In this document: piece by piece, positions 16,662 through 17,249 of the stretch
Layout: the number at the start of each line of letters is the position of its first letter
How positions within the stretch are numbered: position 1 is the first letter of the stretch
Source: Pirellulales bacterium
GTDB lineage: Bacteria; Planctomycetota; Planctomycetia; Pirellulales; JAICIG01
Length of the DNA: 17,249 nt
Reading direction: 5' to 3'
Assembly (NCBI GenBank): GCA_040901675.1
Contig: JBBDYJ010000036.1
Location: 1-17,249 of the forward strand
The notes under the pieces: generated by a model
The model's database searches: none
What the model was told of the DNA's origin: nothing
Seen by the model: only the letters and a program-made list of their open reading frames with translations
Made by a program: the position numbers and the translations under genes

Positions 16662-17144
16662 ATGGTCCAGCTCGCAACGGGCAAAGTCGTCCCGGGCAAA
16701 GTCGTCCCGGGCAAAGTCGTCCCGGGCAAAGTCGTCCCGGCCCAGGATGCTTCGGGCGATGTTGCGTCGGGCCATGTTGTTTCGGGTTGGATTCACGACG
16801 TCGAGCGCGGGCCGGACTGGCTCTTCGCGACGCTCAACAGCGCCGCCGACGCCGGCGAAGATGCTTCGCAGCTTGCCGAGACCGTCTGGTCGCTGGTCCA
16901 GCAGCACTTCACCTATCGACTCGTCCTGGATTGCCGGCGGATCAAGCTGCTCTCGAGCACGCTGATTGCCCAGTTGCTCACGCTGGAGCGGCGGCTGCAC
17001 GAGCACGGCGGCCTGCTGCGGTTGTGTGCTCTTTCCGAGCCGAACCAGCGGGTTCTCCAGCAGTGCCGTCTTGCCGGCCGGTTTCCGCGCTTCTGCGACC
17101 GCGTCGAAGCGGTCCTCGGCCACCGCCCGCTCCAACCCCGCTGA
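16662..17144 (+). CDS. STAS-domain protein (anti-sigma factor antagonist-like)
   Basis: RLVLDCRRIKLLSSTLIAQLLTLERRLHEHGGLLRLCALSEPNQRVLQQCRL fits the STAS pattern; good RBS; N-terminal repeat insertion. Confidence 0.85.
   Translation: MVQLATGKVVPGKVVPGKVVPGKVVPAQDASGDVASGHVVSGWIHDVERGPDWLFATLNSAADAGEDASQLAETVWSLVQQHFTYRLVLDCRRIKLLSSTLIAQLLTLERRLHEHGGLLRLCALSEPNQRVLQQCRLAGRFPRFCDRVEAVLGHRPLQPR
16680..16739 (+). repeat. 15-bp in-frame tandem repeat GGCAAAGTCGTCCCG x4 (GKVVP x4)
   Basis: Four perfect copies at 16680, 16695, 16710 and 16725, followed by degenerate units (AQDAS, GDVAS, GHVVS). Confidence 0.95.
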
Positions 17145-17214
17145 GGGATGGCAGGAGACGGCAAACTAGACGGGATTAGGCGAACGCGGGGCGAACGAAG
17201 ACTGGGGCACGCTA

Positions 17215-17249
17215 CGACTCGACTGAGCTCGCGACTCGACTGAGCTCGC
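17215..17249. repeat. 17-bp tandem repeat CGACTCGACTGAGCTCG x2 running off the window end
   Basis: Copies at 17215-17231 and 17232-17248; contains the GAGCTC palindrome. Confidence 0.8.

Noticed and set aside
16385..17135. ORFs with PGTTL, RAKSS or RDDFA repeats
   Set aside because: Alternative-frame readings of the same 15-bp repeat; only the GKVVP frame has an RBS and continues into the STAS domain.

Overview
GC-rich bacterial chromosomal segment, most consistent with a Planctomycetota (Pirellulales-like) genome; this is inferred from gene content and repeat types, not from a marker gene. In order: a glycine-cleavage operon (gcvT-gcvH-gcvPA-gcvPB) with a LipM-like octanoyltransferase; a 480-bp regulatory intergenic region; an FHA-domain protein; two small hypothetical genes; an ECF sigma factor/zinc-binding anti-sigma pair followed by two large exported proteins of unknown function; a small Arg-rich protein; a MazE-type antitoxin whose MazF partner survives only as a short frameshifted N-terminal remnant; a TPR lipoprotein; serA; a small BON protein; thiol peroxidase (tpx); and a STAS protein with an expanded 15-bp tandem repeat. 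I found no CRISPR array, tRNA, rRNA, transposase or phage gene, and I cannot support a claim of a clearly new multi-gene system. The best leads are the decayed mazEF module, a dispersed AAGGNNG heptamer repeat family (one array overlapping two genes, one inverted pair), the ECF module with a candidate autoregulated promoter, and a possibly switchable gcvT leader RNA.
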